Assembly (NCBI RefSeq): GCF_964355755.1
Contig: NC_092674.1
Location: 7,502,001-7,566,000 of the forward strand
Origin: Antedon mediterranea
Taxonomy: Eukaryota > Animalia > Echinodermata
Reading direction: 5' to 3'
DNA: 64,000 nucleotides
The translations under genes and the position numbers were made by a program. The notes under the pieces are model-generated. The model ran no database searches. It was not told where the DNA came from and worked only from the letters and a program-made list of their open reading frames with translations. Positions 62,243-64,000 of the stretch are shown here, one piece after another. The first letter of the stretch is position 1; the number at the start of each line of letters is the position of its first letter.

Positions 62243-63235
62243 TCGATAGGACAATGACAAAAATGTACGTTCATTATTAATCGTCACAAAATAGTAAGTC
62301 TTGTCGTTCAATCATTTGTGATTATGAAGTTAGACACACATTAGTTTGTCCTTGCATTTAGTTGGTTCGTATCATGTGCCGTTTAGTATAATAGTTATAT
62401 TGCACTTAAATGCGATGTTTATGGTTATTGCACGTTGAGATTGTTAGGTGTTTTTTTAGGAATTTTGTGCCACACGAAAACCAAATGTATTGTGCGCCGT
62501 CTATTATTCTTTTAATTCGCGGAAAAAGTCCGACTGCTTCATTTGAATGGCCTTATTTCCTATTTATGCCCGTTTATGCATTACGTCATTCATTAGTTAC
62601 TTATGCATAACGGAGTGTAACTAGCGCCATCGTATCAGTATTTCTAAAACTACATTACATAAAGTAACTTTACCATCTAATCTACTTAAATACATATTTG
62701 AAAGATGGATTTAAGATCTTACTAAACTCACGGATTCATCCCACACGTTCTTAAGCTACGTGATTTAGTAACAGCGCGTTATTTTTAAATTATCTTCGTA
62801 TTCATAGCATGTACATAGATTCAAAACTTGATACATTTCTTATTCTGATTTCAATATTTTAATGATTTCATCATTTAATTGTCATTTTACACGTGTCGTG
62901 TAGACCAGCCCTAGTTTCGCGTTCGAAATTTTTTTATTAACGTTCATTTATTTAGATGTGCATAAATTATTAAAACACTCCATTTTTTAATGATCTCTTA
63001 GAATTGATACAAATGGGATTATATGAAAAAAAAACATAATTATATATACATAAAGACAAGAAACAATAACATCAATTTCGGTTGCAAAGAACGTTTATTT
63101 TAAATTACAACTGTGTATATAGCAACATAATGTACTAAAATGAAAATAATGGGGAAATAATTTCACAAATTTCGTTTAGATTTTGAAAATAATATGCATG
63201 ACCAGATATTAATCTCTGATATAATTACAGTATTG

Positions 63236-63367
63236 TTGAATTGACCAATCACAAGCGATGGCTTATTCGCTTGTGATTGCTAACTGTCTATAACTTCGCT
63301 TGCCATTGGTTAAAAGGCTTGCGTTGCGTTTACGTCCTTGCGTTACGTTCTAGTGGGAACCAAGCTT
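63236..63367. mobile_element. MITE family B partial copy
   Basis: Nearly identical to ~60806-60936. Confidence 0.8.
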
Positions 63368-64000
63368 TAGGCTTCCTAATAATATACCGGCGGAAGAGTG
63401 TGAAAGTTTAAGCAGTTAGTTGTGTTATAATAATTTATTATGAAACTGAAAAACTCTTCTTTAACAAGGAGTGTTTAAAACTTCTGGGTTTTTCTCTTCC
63501 TTTCATTGACGCCTGGCTGGATTGACTACGGAAGTCGCATGGTTAATGGGTCTTTCACACCTGCTCCGGTCCGGCTCCGGCAAATAGAACGTCAATGTTT
63601 CGTTTTCACGATCGACGATCCATACGTACTTGGTCGCTAAACATGTTTGCCTTCCTATTCCAAGGTACCATACCATATATACAAGATAAAACGAAATCAT
63701 AATAGATCAGTTCCACCTGTAACTCGTATCAGAGTAATTCCTTTTCTGAATCGGAAATTATATTAGCATAATAGTATTTCTTAAAGCTACCCATTTTTCT
63801 ATACTTTGTTTTTTATTGTATATGTTTCACATTCAATGTTATATAGCATATTGATTTTAAATGAATTCCATAAAGATTTACCCACTGGCTTATTTAATGC
63901 TGATAACATTAATAGGCCTATATATTTTAATATGATAAATTTTCAAAAATAACTTTATAAATATTGTTTAACAGGTTAGGAAGGCGAAAGTCACTCACAC

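Noticed and set aside
63503-63720. GC-richer 65-aa ORF/exon candidate near the window end
   Set aside because: No recognisable motif and no consistent splice partner within the window.

Overview
AT-rich, repeat-dense eukaryotic (animal) genomic DNA. It is probably from a marine invertebrate deuterostome such as an echinoderm; this is inferred from the Deu-domain-like SINE and the MITE families. The main gene is an intact 15-exon TMEM87 (GOST/lung-7TM family) gene on the + strand (16194-38045, ~507 aa), traced exon by exon. Its 66-nt TM5 exon is present twice (34045-34110 and 35969-36034). Each copy has a major-spliceosome AG acceptor and a minor-spliceosome ATATCCTT donor, and both donors lead to one U12 branch point/AC acceptor (36481-36501). 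This arrangement should enforce mutually exclusive splicing through U2/U12 incompatibility. Between the two copies lies a cassette of two Helentron/HINE-like repeats flanking two tRNA-Val(AAC)-like genes. The window also holds two broken TRIM paralogs with complementary domain deletions (6223-7449, 8658-9895), a spliced uncharacterised gene (40384-45914) and a possible decayed gene (51814-53099). Mobile and repetitive DNA includes LINE fragments (L2, RTE, Rex1/Babar, CR1), a non-autonomous Helitron abutting a 3.7-kb TTAA/TIR element, many MITEs, SINEs and minisatellites. All family assignments come from motif recognition by eye; no database search was run.
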